Below, in pieces: positions 26,028 through 36,461 of a stretch of 64,000 nt of DNA (position 1 is its first letter; every line of letters starts with the position of its first letter). The notes under the pieces are model-generated. The model was not told the origin of the DNA, did not search any database, and saw only the letters and a list, made by a program, of their open reading frames with translations. Made by a program: the position numbers and the translations under genes. Origin of the DNA: Patescibacteria group bacterium. GTDB taxonomy: Bacteria > Patescibacteriota > JABMPQ01 > JAHIRA01. The stretch is taken from positions 17,093 to 81,092 of the forward strand of contig JAHISJ010000024.1 of NCBI GenBank assembly GCA_018818205.1, in the 5' to 3' direction.

Positions 26028-27689
26028 TTAGTCAAGGACTCGCCTCACTTCATCAAAGGAGGTAACTCCCTCCATTACTCTAAGCAATCCATCTTGAAGC
26101 ATCGTTATCATATCTTGTTCCTTCACCACCGTATCATGGATCTCAAGTGAAGACGCCCTATCGTTTATAAGCTGCTCCACACTATGGTCAACCTCAAAGA
26201 GTTCAAACACGCCAATACGTCCTTTGTAGCCAGTATCTATACACTTCGTACACCCTTTAGACTGATAAAAAACTGCTTCTGTTTTATCTTTTGGCATATG
26301 TTTCCCGAGCTTCTCCGTTAAGTACGTCATTTCCTCATCAGTCGGAGAGTATTTTTCTTTGCACTCCGGACATAGTTTTCTTACCAAACGTTGGGCAATA
26401 GCCGCGGTTAGCGCCGGGGCAATGGTAAAAGGCCTCAGACCCAAGTCAATGAGACGGGGAATTACTCCCGATGAATCATTAGTATGCAACGTAGAAAACA
26501 CCATATGCCCCGTCAGTGCTGCCTGCGACGCGATATCGGCTGTTTCAAAGTCCCGAATCTCTCCAACCATGATAATATCAGGATCTTGTCTTAACACCGA
26601 TTTAAGCCCAGTCGCAAAGGTAAGTCCTTTCCCGGGATTAATCTGTGTCTGTGAGATGCCCTCAAGATGATACTCAATGGGATTTTCAAGCGTAATAATC
26701 TTTTTGTCGGGGCTATTGATTTGATTAATACAGGCATACAGCGTTGTTGTTTTACCACTTCCCGTAGGTCCCGTAACCAAAACCATACCGTTTGGTTTTT
26801 TAATTTGTTCAAGAAGTATTTTCTTTGCCTTCTCACGCACGCCCAAATCATCAATTTTAAGTGATATTGTCCCTACACCCAACAAACGCATCACCACAGT
26901 CTCGCCATAAGCTGTCGGAAGGACAGAAACACGTATATCAATCTCACGCCCCTTAATACGAATACTGATCCTACCATCCTGCGGCTTATCGGTAATATTG
27001 ATCTTGAGTCCCGCCTCAAGTTTAATGCGAGAAATAATATTTTTATATGCCTCTGTCGAAAGCTTGGCAACTTCCTTAAGTACGCCATCAATACGATATC
27101 TTAAAGCAATATCCGACTCCTCCGGTTCAAGATGAATGTCACTTGCCTCACCGGAAAGCGCTCCCGCAAGAATAACTTCAAGCACCCGGGTAACCGGGAC
27201 GTCTTTTAATTTATCTTCGAGCATGGTCAATGACTCAACCTCTTTTTGTGCTTCTAAAAGCCCTTCCTCACTTACACTAACCTCACCGGTCTTTTTTGAC
27301 GAAACAAGAACCCGCTTGTATGCACGAAGCACTTTTTTAAAACTCGTCTCTGAGATCACATAGAACTTTGGTGTGAATCCTTGATCTTCAAGATAGGCAA
27401 TAATGCCCTTTACAATCTCTTCATCCTCAGGAATATAAAGCCCTACGCGTACTACATTATTTTCATCTTTTTTAAACACTACTGCACCGGTCTGGGTTGC
27501 AAGTTCGTGAGGAATGATGGTAACTGCTCGCTGAGAAACAGGAAACTTCTCTAGATCAATATAAGGAAGTCCTACTACACCAGCAATAGCATACGCCTCA
27601 CGCTCTTTTTCTCGATGTGAAATATCCTCAAGTTTTTTTTGAAGTTCTTCTTCACGCTCTTCAGGAGTAAGTCCAACTTTTTTTGTCAT
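26028..27689 (-). CDS. Type IV pilus assembly / type II secretion ATPase (PilB/GspE family)
   Basis: Walker A GPTGSGKTTT, Asp and His boxes, tetracysteine motif CPECKEKY...CTKC. Confidence 0.9.
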   Translation of the reverse strand: MTKKVGLTPEEREEELQKKLEDISHREKEREAYAIAGVVGLPYIDLEKFPVSQRAVTIIPHELATQTGAVVFKKDENNVVRVGLYIPEDEEIVKGIIAYLEDQGFTPKFYVISETSFKKVLRAYKRVLVSSKKTGEVSVSEEGLLEAQKEVESLTMLEDKLKDVPVTRVLEVILAGALSGEASDIHLEPEESDIALRYRIDGVLKEVAKLSTEAYKNIISRIKLEAGLKINITDKPQDGRISIRIKGREIDIRVSVLPTAYGETVVMRLLGVGTISLKIDDLGVREKAKKILLEQIKKPNGMVLVTGPTGSGKTTTLYACINQINSPDKKIITLENPIEYHLEGISQTQINPGKGLTFATGLKSVLRQDPDIIMVGEIRDFETADIASQAALTGHMVFSTLHTNDSSGVIPRLIDLGLRPFTIAPALTAAIAQRLVRKLCPECKEKYSPTDEEMTYLTEKLGKHMPKDKTEAVFYQSKGCTKCIDTGYKGRIGVFELFEVDHSVEQLINDRASSLEIHDTVVKEQDMITMLQDGLLRVMEGVTSFDEVRRVLD

Positions 27690-27794
27690 ACGTGTTGTTA
27701 ATGATACGTACAGTATACCGCGGCTAGATTTTCATGACAAACAAAAACCCCGCCGGAGTTTTCCTTAAGCAAGGATTTCATCAAAGACTACGTA

Positions 27795-29021
27795 CTATAT
27801 CTTCTCTTCAATCGCTTTCGCAAGCTTTTCAATAGCAACCATGTACGCCGCTGATCTCAAATCAACCTTATCCTCACTTATCTCCCATACGGAAGCAAAG
27901 GCTGGCTTGATAATATCGGCGAGTTTGGCATCTACATCTTCCTCACTCCACTTTTCATCATTTAGATTTTGTTGCCACTCGAAGTAACTCACCGTTACAC
28001 CACCGGCATTTGCCAAAATATCAGGAATGACCGGAATGCCTCGTTCAACCAATACCTTGTCTGCATCTGGAGTCGTCGGGCCATTTGCTGCTTCCAAGAC
28101 AATTTTAGCTTTAATCTGTGAAGCATTTTCCTCAGTAATTTGATTTTCAATTGCCGCAGGCACCAGTACGTCACACTCAAGTTCGAGCAAATCTTGATTT
28201 GATATTTCTTCCGCGTCAACGCTGCCCCTGGCAATAACACCGCCCGTACTTTTTTCAAAAAGTGTCTTAATGTCCAAGCCTTCTTTGTTATACACACCAC
28301 CTTGAGCATCTGATACCGCAACAATAGTATATCCAGCCTCATCAAAAATCTTTGCTGCAAATGAACCAACGTTACCAAACCCTTGGATCACTACTGTTCC
28401 TCTCTCAATATCCATCTGATTTATTGCCTCTTCCAGTACAAAAAAGGCGCCTTGAGCGGTTGCTTTTTCTCGTCCCTCAGAACCACCGCTCTCAAGTGAT
28501 TTTCCGGTAATCACTCCTGGTTCATTCACGCCCTTTGTCTTGTTATATTCATCCAAAAACCAATCCATAATTTGGGGAGTCGTGTTTACATCAGGAGCAG
28601 GTACGTCAATCTGTGGACCAACAACATCGGCGATAAGTCGAGCATACCCGCGGCTAAGCCGCTCAAGTTCACCCTCAGAAAGAGTAGTAACGTCAACAGT
28701 AACACCACCCTTCGCCCCACCAAGAGGTATGTCTACCACGGCACACTTCATGGTCATCCAGAAAGCGAGTGCTTTAACCTCATCCAAATTCACGTTTTGA
28801 TGAAATCTAATTCCACCCTTGTAGACACCTCTATAATTGTTATGCTGCACACGATACCCCGTATACAAAACAACGTCGCCTGAATCCTTACGAACAGGCA
28901 CTGCTACCTCAACAATACGCTCGGGCCGAGCTAGAATTGTCTCAACATTTTTATCCACATCCATTTTTTCACACACACCATGAAGAACTTTCCGCACATT
29001 CTCAAAGGGATTTTGTTGCAT
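27795..29021 (-). CDS. gdhA: Glutamate dehydrogenase (Glu/Leu/Phe/Val dehydrogenase family)
   Basis: Signature PLGGAKGGVTVD. C-terminal Rossmann GFGNVGSFAA. Confidence 0.9.
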   Translation of the reverse strand: MQQNPFENVRKVLHGVCEKMDVDKNVETILARPERIVEVAVPVRKDSGDVVLYTGYRVQHNNYRGVYKGGIRFHQNVNLDEVKALAFWMTMKCAVVDIPLGGAKGGVTVDVTTLSEGELERLSRGYARLIADVVGPQIDVPAPDVNTTPQIMDWFLDEYNKTKGVNEPGVITGKSLESGGSEGREKATAQGAFFVLEEAINQMDIERGTVVIQGFGNVGSFAAKIFDEAGYTIVAVSDAQGGVYNKEGLDIKTLFEKSTGGVIARGSVDAEEISNQDLLELECDVLVPAAIENQITEENASQIKAKIVLEAANGPTTPDADKVLVERGIPVIPDILANAGGVTVSYFEWQQNLNDEKWSEEDVDAKLADIIKPAFASVWEISEDKVDLRSAAYMVAIEKLAKAIEEKI

Positions 29022-29193
29022 GAATTTAGATTATGCTTTTCGTTAATTAGTTTTTAGCCTACAAAAAAAAGAGTGATGCCTCTTATAACAAACTCCTTCT
29101 TTTTTACTCTGATGTCATAGTTTTATTATGAGCGCTGTTTTTGTGCACCCGTCGTCAAACTATGAGGTATTGTATAGCAGATAGTAACTAAAT

Positions 29194-30363
29194 TCAAGTT
29201 CTATCAGTTTTCCCCATAAATGTACGCAAAGATGCCATTATTTCCTTTTTAGCCTCCTCAATATCCACACCTTTCCTTTCAACCTTGATTCGATCATGCA
29301 AAAGAACGCCTCTAAGTTCCTGGTTTAGACGATGCATGTTCATATCGGAAATTGGCTTTATAAAGGCATCAGTGCCTTCTTTGTTCTCTACGCATATCAC
29401 TACTACATCAGCATTACCAACATTTTCCAGGAGCTCTTCCTCAAGCCCCAACACATCTTCATTGCTGGTATCCGTCTTATCAAAATCATCCTGGGTCACA
29501 GAGGTAACAATTATCTTTTCTTCCGGAATAAATGCAACGTTCATCAACGCTCGTCCCCAGAGTCTGAGCGTATTTAAGGATTTGTTTTTAAACATATTAT
29601 GAATGATCTGTTGCTGATCTGCTCCAGCCTGAATCAAGCGTGCTGCAACGTTAAAAGCCTGTGAGGTTGTATCAGGTCGCTGAAAACTTTTTGTCTCTGC
29701 AATAATTCCAGCAAGCAAGCTCGTTGCACTGTTTTCGTTTATCAGATCCTCGCCAATACTTGAAATAAACTCAAAGGCAACTTCAGAGGTTGTAGCCGCT
29801 TTGGGGTTAACCCAGTTTACCTCGCCAAACTGCGTATTTGCATGGTCGTTATCAATATTGACAATCGGTGTTTCAAAAAAGAGTTTCGTGTTTTCAGTAT
29901 AGAGTGGTCCCAAATCCTCAAGGTCACGAACATCTACCACTACAATCAAGTCATACCGCGCTTTAATTTGTGTCTCAACGTGAGATGAATCGTATGTACC
30001 ATCCTCGGGCGTGATATAAATATTGAGCTTGTTGCCATCATTATCAAAGTCATACGAAAATTGAGACACCTTTGCCTGAGTGGTATCAAGCGTAATGATA
30101 AAATTATTCTTGTCTTGAAGTGCTGTACCAATCTGATCATGATTTGGCAGAAATGATAAAGATGACGTAAAAGGGCCGTGGCATACCAAAGAGATTTCCT
30201 TACCAAGCTTTTCAAACACTAACCCTAACGCTAAAAGACTGCCAATAGAATCATCCTGAGGATGCATCCGAGTGACTAACAGAATGTTCTTACTGCTTTG
30301 AAGCAGCTTTTTTGCTTTTTCTTTGAGGTTAGGATCCATACAATTTTGCATTAATGCTATCAA
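29194..30363 (-). CDS. DHH-family phosphoesterase (NrnA-like) with DHHA1-type C-terminal domain
   Basis: Motif I HPQDDSIGS, motif III region NIDNDHANTQFGE (reads DHA rather than DHH), C-terminal DHHA1-like region. Confidence 0.75.
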   Translation of the reverse strand: MIALMQNCMDPNLKEKAKKLLQSSKNILLVTRMHPQDDSIGSLLALGLVFEKLGKEISLVCHGPFTSSLSFLPNHDQIGTALQDKNNFIITLDTTQAKVSQFSYDFDNDGNKLNIYITPEDGTYDSSHVETQIKARYDLIVVVDVRDLEDLGPLYTENTKLFFETPIVNIDNDHANTQFGEVNWVNPKAATTSEVAFEFISSIGEDLINENSATSLLAGIIAETKSFQRPDTTSQAFNVAARLIQAGADQQQIIHNMFKNKSLNTLRLWGRALMNVAFIPEEKIIVTSVTQDDFDKTDTSNEDVLGLEEELLENVGNADVVVICVENKEGTDAFIKPISDMNMHRLNQELRGVLLHDRIKVERKGVDIEEAKKEIMASLRTFMGKTDRT

Positions 30364-30557
30364 AAAAGTGTAACGCGTACAGCACCCTCTGTCAAATAGG
30401 GAAGCGTGTGGGTAACGCTAAGACCTCTAGAGAGAAATACGACAAAATGATAGAATACGTATAGATTTGACAAAGTGATCTTTTGAGACGTACACTACAA
30501 ATTAGCACTCTAAGTATGAGAGTGCTAACCAGCATATAATTTCTTAAAATAAAAACC

Positions 30558-33233
30558 ATGGCTCTTCTATGCAACGCGTGTAATTCACGCCCAGCGACCC
30601 TTAAATTCAGACAAACAAAAAATGGACGTGTGCATACTTACAACCTCTGTCATGCCTGTGCTGAGGAAAGAAACCTCATGCAATCATCTCCATTTGGCTC
30701 CACGTTTTTTGATGATTTCTTTTCCGGCACTCCTTTTGCGAGAAGCCAAACACCCATGCACAAACGTGAACCTGATCGCGTAAACATCATTGACTACTTT
30801 TCTGAACGAGCAAAAAAGGTTCTTGAAGAAGCAGCCGCGTTTGCGCAAAGCGTTAACTCGTCAAGCATAGACACAGAACATTTGCTGGTAGGGCTTTGTG
30901 AAGAAGAAGAGATGGGTGTTAAGATTCTTGAAAAAATTGGCATAAACGCCGATGATCTTAAAAAATACATCGAAGAAAACACGGTAGAGGGAACAGAACA
31001 AAAACAGCAACTAGATCTCTCTCCGCGAGCAAAAAAGGCACTGGAGCTTTCGTTTTATATTGCTCGTGAAATGGGACTAAATTATGTAGGGTCAGAGCAC
31101 CTCCTTCTTGGCCTCCTTAAGGAAGGTGAAGGCATGGCGTATCAAACGCTAAAGAAGTACAACGTGGATTACGACAAAGCACTCCAAGCTATTACCAAGT
31201 CAATTGGAACTAAAAAAGACGCCTCTGAAAAAAAGGTTCAGTCAAAAACGCCCACCTTGGACTCATACTCTCTTGATCTCTCCAAGCAAGCTGCAGAAGG
31301 CAAGCTCGACCCCGTTATTGGAAGAAGCGACGAGATAACCCGCGTCATTCATGTCCTCTCAAGACGCACAAAAAATAACCCGGTACTTATTGGTGAGCCA
31401 GGTGTTGGCAAAACAGCCATTGCCGAGGGGCTTGCTCAAAAAATAGAGTCAGGGAATAGTCCAGAAAACCTCAAAGGAAAACGCGTGGCTTCCCTTGATC
31501 TTGCCAGTATGCTCGCCGGTACAAAGTTTAGAGGTGAGTTTGAAAAACGCCTCAAGAAAGTCGTTAAAGAAATTAAAGATAATAATAAAGAAATAATTCT
31601 CTTTATTGATGAGCTCCATACTATTGTCGGTGCGGGTGCATCAGAAGGCTCCATAGATGCATCAAATATTTTAAAACCTGCTCTCGCCCGAGGCGATTTA
31701 CAAACGGTTGGCGCCACAACGCTAAACGAGTATAAAAAGCATATTGAGAAAGATGCAGCACTTGAGAGACGATTTCAACCAATCCTTGTCGGTGAGCCAA
31801 ATGTTGATGTTACGATAGAAATTCTAAAAGGCTTACGAGACAAATACGAGGCACACCACAAAGTCAAAATTACGACAGAAGCAATTATGGCAGCAACCCA
31901 TCTTTCTGATAGATATATTCAAGATCGATTTCTTCCTGACAAAGCCATTGATTTAATTGATGAAGCAGCGGCAAAAGTGCGCCTTCAATCCATTACCACG
32001 CCCGATAAACTCAAAGAGCTACAAAAAGAAATCACGCGTATAAAAAAAGAGATTGAAGCGGCAGACAAGGCAAAAAATAAGCGCAAAGTACTGCTTCTTA
32101 AAAAAGACCAAAAGACAGCCACCGAAGAAAAAAAGAAGCTTGAGGAAACCTGGCAAAAAGAAAAAGGAACAAAGAAATCATCGGTATCAGCTTTAGATAT
32201 AGAGGAAGTGCTTTCAAAATGGACAGGTATCCCCGTTAAAGATCTCTCTGAAGAGGAAACAAAGAAGCTACTTGCTCTTGAAAAGCAGCTGCAAGAAAAA
32301 GTGATTGGGCAAGAGGATGCTATTTCCGCAATTAGTGAAGCGATTCGTCGGGGAAGAGCTGGCCTTAAAGATCCAAAACGTCCCATTGGCTCGTTTATTT
32401 TTCTTGGTCCAACTGGCGTTGGCAAAACGGAGCTTACCAAAGCGCTTGCATATCTCCTGTTTGGTGACGAGGAAGCAATGGTCCGCATAGACATGTCAGA
32501 ATACATGGAACGACATGCCGTTTCCCGTTTGGTTGGCTCTCCTCCGGGATACGTGGGGCATGAAGAAGGTGGTCAGCTCACAGAAAAGGTACGAAGAAAA
32601 CCGTACAGTGTCATCTTGCTCGATGAAATTGAAAAAGCGCACCCTGATGTCTTTAACATTCTTTTACAAATTTTAGAAGATGGGAGACTCACTGACGCAA
32701 AAGGGAGAACCGTCGATTTCAAAAACACCGTTATTATTGCCACATCAAACCTTGGCTCAAGCCTTATCACTCAAGCGACTGAGGGCAAGCTTGGGTTTGA
32801 GGATTTAAAAAAGGACCACCAGAAGAAAAGCGGCAAAGAAGCTATTGAGAGCCTCAAAGAAGATCTTATGAATGAGCTCAAAAAAACGTTCAGACCCGAA
32901 TTTATCAATCGAATCGACGAGATAATTTTCTTCCATGCGCTTGATGAAAAACAGGTAAGAAAAATTGTCGACTTAATGCTTGAGCGGTTAAACGAGCTCC
33001 TTGCGGGACAAAATATCGAACTCGATGTTACCTTAAAGGCCAAAGATGCCCTTGCTCATGAAGGATACGATCCTACATACGGCGCACGTCCACTGCGAAG
33101 AGTGATTCAAAAAAGAATTGAAAACCCTCTTTCAACAAGCATTCTTGAGGGGACATTTATGGAACAAGACACCATCACTGTTGATGTTGACAGTAAAGGA
33201 GCATTTACATTCAAAAAGAATAAGAAAAAGTAG
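30558..33233 (+). CDS. clpC: Clp/Hsp100 AAA+ chaperone (ClpC/ClpE-type) with N-terminal CxxC zinc finger
   Basis: N-terminal CNACN...CHAC finger, two Clp_N repeats, AAA1 GEPGVGKTAIAEGLAQ, short M-domain, AAA2 FLGPTGVGKTELTKALA. Choice between ClpC and ClpE is ambiguous. Confidence 0.85.
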   Translation: MALLCNACNSRPATLKFRQTKNGRVHTYNLCHACAEERNLMQSSPFGSTFFDDFFSGTPFARSQTPMHKREPDRVNIIDYFSERAKKVLEEAAAFAQSVNSSSIDTEHLLVGLCEEEEMGVKILEKIGINADDLKKYIEENTVEGTEQKQQLDLSPRAKKALELSFYIAREMGLNYVGSEHLLLGLLKEGEGMAYQTLKKYNVDYDKALQAITKSIGTKKDASEKKVQSKTPTLDSYSLDLSKQAAEGKLDPVIGRSDEITRVIHVLSRRTKNNPVLIGEPGVGKTAIAEGLAQKIESGNSPENLKGKRVASLDLASMLAGTKFRGEFEKRLKKVVKEIKDNNKEIILFIDELHTIVGAGASEGSIDASNILKPALARGDLQTVGATTLNEYKKHIEKDAALERRFQPILVGEPNVDVTIEILKGLRDKYEAHHKVKITTEAIMAATHLSDRYIQDRFLPDKAIDLIDEAAAKVRLQSITTPDKLKELQKEITRIKKEIEAADKAKNKRKVLLLKKDQKTATEEKKKLEETWQKEKGTKKSSVSALDIEEVLSKWTGIPVKDLSEEETKKLLALEKQLQEKVIGQEDAISAISEAIRRGRAGLKDPKRPIGSFIFLGPTGVGKTELTKALAYLLFGDEEAMVRIDMSEYMERHAVSRLVGSPPGYVGHEEGGQLTEKVRRKPYSVILLDEIEKAHPDVFNILLQILEDGRLTDAKGRTVDFKNTVIIATSNLGSSLITQATEGKLGFEDLKKDHQKKSGKEAIESLKEDLMNELKKTFRPEFINRIDEIIFFHALDEKQVRKIVDLMLERLNELLAGQNIELDVTLKAKDALAHEGYDPTYGARPLRRVIQKRIENPLSTSILEGTFMEQDTITVDVDSKGAFTFKKNKKK

Positions 33234-33255
33234 TAACAAAACTAATAGAAAAACA

Positions 33256-34998
33256 ATGAAGAAATTGCTCATTTCTGTGTTTATCTTAATCGTATCAATC
33301 TGGTGCTTTGAGCCATGCGTTTCATATGCCAAAGAAACAAAAACTATTTTGACGCTCGGAGATAGTATTACGTATGGATACCCCTACGGGGAAACTGCTT
33401 ATACATACCCAGCACAACTCTCTGGTATGCTTGCGACGACATCAGAGTACTACACTTATGTCATGTCTAACCATGGTGTAAACGGGTATCGTGCTGATCA
33501 AGTTCTTACCGATTTAATTGATAATAACCGCCTTGAAGAAAATCCAAACTATGTATTACTTATGGTTGGCGGAAATGATCTTGCTCAAGAAATAAATCCG
33601 GACTTGTCAAATATTGACGAGGTGTTGACTCAAACGGTCAATGAAGTTCAGGCGACAATAGACTATATAAAGCTGCATCAAAATCCCGATGGATCTTCCC
33701 CACAAATTATTCTGTCCGCGTTCCCTCCAAATAACCTCTTTGGAACCGGCGGTTCTTTAGTTATTCAAGAATACAACAGTCGCTTGGCCGCAAATTGTGT
33801 TCATTATGATCGATATTTCACTTCGAATTGGGATGATTTTTACGATACACACACGGGGCAAGCAAAGACTACTCTTATGACCGATGATGGAGTACATCCC
33901 AACACAGAAGGATACGCCGTGATTGCTGAAAATTGGTATGAGGCATTGTATCCATTGCTCCCAAACGACCCAAACGATCCAACCCCTAAAAATCCCGACG
34001 ACCCTGTTGTCCCGGTTACTCCCCCCACACCTCCTATACCCCTCACTAAAAACCCAAGAATACTAACTACGTCAGGGCCAGGTGAACGCTCAAAGCTCCA
34101 AGCATACTCACGCCATGGAGAAGCCGAAGGGGAAGAACTAGGTAATCTCTTTCCCGATGCATATCTTGGTGGTACAGGCGTAGTCGCAATTGATGCCAAT
34201 AATAATCATATTAAAGACCAGTTTCTCGTCTTTGCACAAAAAAATGGAGGCCCTCAAGCGAGAATCTTTGGGCTTCGAGAAAATGGTGAAATGATTTTCT
34301 TTGGACAGATGTTTGTTTTTGACTCATCTATTAGAGATGGCCTTAGTATGACTGTCGGTGATTTTGACCAAGATGGCTTTGAAGATGATGTAGCAACCTG
34401 CCTGACCGGCAACAAAAAACCAACTGTTCGTATCTATACCAATGCTCGCAATGTTGATACCTGGAATCTTTTTTCAGAATTCACCGCAGATTTTGGCACC
34501 GTGGGGTGTTCTGTTGGAACCTATCGTTACGGTGATCAATCGCCAAGGCTGCTTATCACACCACACCACGGACCATCAGAACCCACTGTGTTTATTTACA
34601 CTGTAGATGGCACTCTCGAAAATTCTTTTGCTGCATATGGACCAGGCGTTACCAATGGTTTGTCTGCTACTGGAATTCAAGACAGAATTTATACTACACC
34701 CAATAATGGCACTTCGCATGTTAGAGTATTTGATGTGCTTGGTATCGCTAAGAATTCCTGGTGGGCATATTCTAATAAAAATGTAAAAGGCGACTTTAAA
34801 AATACTGTCGGAGATATAGATCTTGATGGAAAAGATGAAATTCTTATCTCTCCAATCGGTGCAAACGGTCCACAGATCTTAGCTTTTGAGCCTTCTGGAA
34901 AATGGAGAACATGGCCTAACTTTTTCGCTTTTAATAACCCTACGCTTCGAAACGGCGTCAGTGTTGCTGTTATCGAAAACTATTACGGCAACAACTAA
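33256..34998 (+). CDS. Secreted SGNH/GDSL hydrolase fused to C-terminal FG-GAP-like repeats
   Basis: Signal peptide MKKLLISVFILIVSIWCFEPCVSYA. SGNH blocks GDSITYG, MVGGNDL, DGVHPN. Repeats GDFDQDGFEDDVATC and GDIDLDGKDEILISPIGANGPQILAFE. Start placed at the internal ATG 33256. Confidence 0.75.
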   Translation: MKKLLISVFILIVSIWCFEPCVSYAKETKTILTLGDSITYGYPYGETAYTYPAQLSGMLATTSEYYTYVMSNHGVNGYRADQVLTDLIDNNRLEENPNYVLLMVGGNDLAQEINPDLSNIDEVLTQTVNEVQATIDYIKLHQNPDGSSPQIILSAFPPNNLFGTGGSLVIQEYNSRLAANCVHYDRYFTSNWDDFYDTHTGQAKTTLMTDDGVHPNTEGYAVIAENWYEALYPLLPNDPNDPTPKNPDDPVVPVTPPTPPIPLTKNPRILTTSGPGERSKLQAYSRHGEAEGEELGNLFPDAYLGGTGVVAIDANNNHIKDQFLVFAQKNGGPQARIFGLRENGEMIFFGQMFVFDSSIRDGLSMTVGDFDQDGFEDDVATCLTGNKKPTVRIYTNARNVDTWNLFSEFTADFGTVGCSVGTYRYGDQSPRLLITPHHGPSEPTVFIYTVDGTLENSFAAYGPGVTNGLSATGIQDRIYTTPNNGTSHVRVFDVLGIAKNSWWAYSNKNVKGDFKNTVGDIDLDGKDEILISPIGANGPQILAFEPSGKWRTWPNFFAFNNPTLRNGVSVAVIENYYGNN

Positions 34999-35089
34999 TT
35001 ATTGCTACATATAAGTAAAACTAGCGTTTCCTGCCCTTTTTTGTTATACTTTAAGATGTAAGAATATTTTTTCGTAAACGAACACTACT

Positions 35090-35935
35090 ATGGATATCAT
35101 TATCGGCCTTTTTATGGGCGCATTGGTTTTTATTGCCCCGGGTATTATTCTCCTTCTTCTCATCAGTATTCGGCAAATAAACCAATACCAGCGTGGCGTG
35201 AAGTTTACCCTCGGCAAGTACTCAAAAACTGCTGAGCCGGGATGGCGACTGGTTATTCCTATCTTCCAGTCAATGAGACGTATTGATATGCGAACAAAAG
35301 CCGTTGATGTGCCGCTTCAAGAGTCAGTAACAAAAGACAACATCTCTGTTAAAATAAATGCGGTCATTTACTACAAGGTGATCTCGGCGGAGAAGTCTGT
35401 ATTAGAAGTAGAAAACTTCATGTACGCTGTCTCACAGCTTGCGCAAACAACCATGCGTAATATTGTCGGTGAAGTATCGCTCGATGACCTTTTGGGCGAG
35501 CGAGATAAAATCTCAAACAAAATTAAAGGGATTGTTGATGCAGCCTCAGACCCATGGGGCATTAAAGTACTAAACGTCGAGTTAAAAGATGTTATTATTC
35601 CGGAAGACATGAAGCGAACCATCGCAAAGCAAGCAGAAGCTGAGCGAGAAAGAAGAGCGGTTATTATTAAAGCTGAAGGTGAAGTGCAAGCTGCAGAAAA
35701 CATGGCGAGTGCTGCAAAAACGCTTTCGAGTACCGCGGGAGCCCTGCATTTAAGAACACTGCAGTCATTAAACGATCTCTCCTCTGACCAATCAAATACC
35801 GTTATCTTTGCATTGCCACTTGAGATTCTAAGATCCTTTGAAAGCTTCAATAAAAAAACTGAGCAAGAGATTTCATTTGGAGACATTAAAAAGACTATCG
35901 CCAATCTGGTATCGTCGGAAAAAGAAAAGAATTAG
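35090..35935 (+). CDS. SPFH/Band-7 (stomatin/prohibitin-like) membrane protein
   Basis: N-terminal TM. SPFH core QRGVKFTLGKY...ISVKINAVIYYKV. C-terminal coiled coil. Confidence 0.85.
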   Translation: MDIIIGLFMGALVFIAPGIILLLLISIRQINQYQRGVKFTLGKYSKTAEPGWRLVIPIFQSMRRIDMRTKAVDVPLQESVTKDNISVKINAVIYYKVISAEKSVLEVENFMYAVSQLAQTTMRNIVGEVSLDDLLGERDKISNKIKGIVDAASDPWGIKVLNVELKDVIIPEDMKRTIAKQAEAERERRAVIIKAEGEVQAAENMASAAKTLSSTAGALHLRTLQSLNDLSSDQSNTVIFALPLEILRSFESFNKKTEQEISFGDIKKTIANLVSSEKEKN

Positions 35936-36159
35936 TTATTTCCTTATCCTTGTATCTGCCAGTAGCTCTAAGAATAATTTAGAGCTACTTTAGAATTCCT
36001 AAATACTGTCGTCCATTTTTACCGAGTTTAAAATTTCTTGTACCACTTCACCGCATACGGTACAATGTAATGATGTCATTAATGCATTATCTCTTACGGC
36101 TTAGATCCTTTACAAAAATAATGCACGTGCTATAGTCTAACGTCTTAAACTACGAAACG

Positions 36160-36444
36160 ATGGGCTATTCTCTCTCAACAATCCTTGATAGATTCGAAAA
36201 AGATAAAGCGGTACTTATTACTCCCTTTGGTCAAGAAATTTTTTGGCCCCGAAAATCAGTTCCCAAAGAGTATACGCTTGGCAGCACTATTATGTTGTCC
36301 CTTTCAGAAAACAAAGAATTAGTGCCTGAGCATCCAAAGAAATCCGCTCCAGACACACAAAAAAAGGTATCCATTGATACCCTCCCACAAAATGAACGAG
36401 AATCGCTTGCACGTGCAATGCTCGAGGAGCTTTTAAACGGTTAG
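36160..36444 (+). CDS. Small hypothetical protein (DUF3006-like)
   Basis: ILDRFEKDKAVLITPFGQEIFWPRKSVPKEYTLGSTIM resembles the DUF3006 pattern. Confidence 0.45.
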   Translation: MGYSLSTILDRFEKDKAVLITPFGQEIFWPRKSVPKEYTLGSTIMLSLSENKELVPEHPKKSAPDTQKKVSIDTLPQNERESLARAMLEELLNG

Positions 36445-36461
36445 AGTCAAAAAAAATACTC

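Noticed and set aside
31436-33043. Minus-strand ORFs inside clpC (31436..31717, 31985..32506, 32573..32770, 32771..33043, 30794..30982)
   Set aside because: Antisense to a conserved AAA+ chaperone gene. Ser/Phe-rich low-complexity translations.
35371-35904. 177-aa minus-strand ORF
   Set aside because: Antisense to the SPFH/Band-7 gene.
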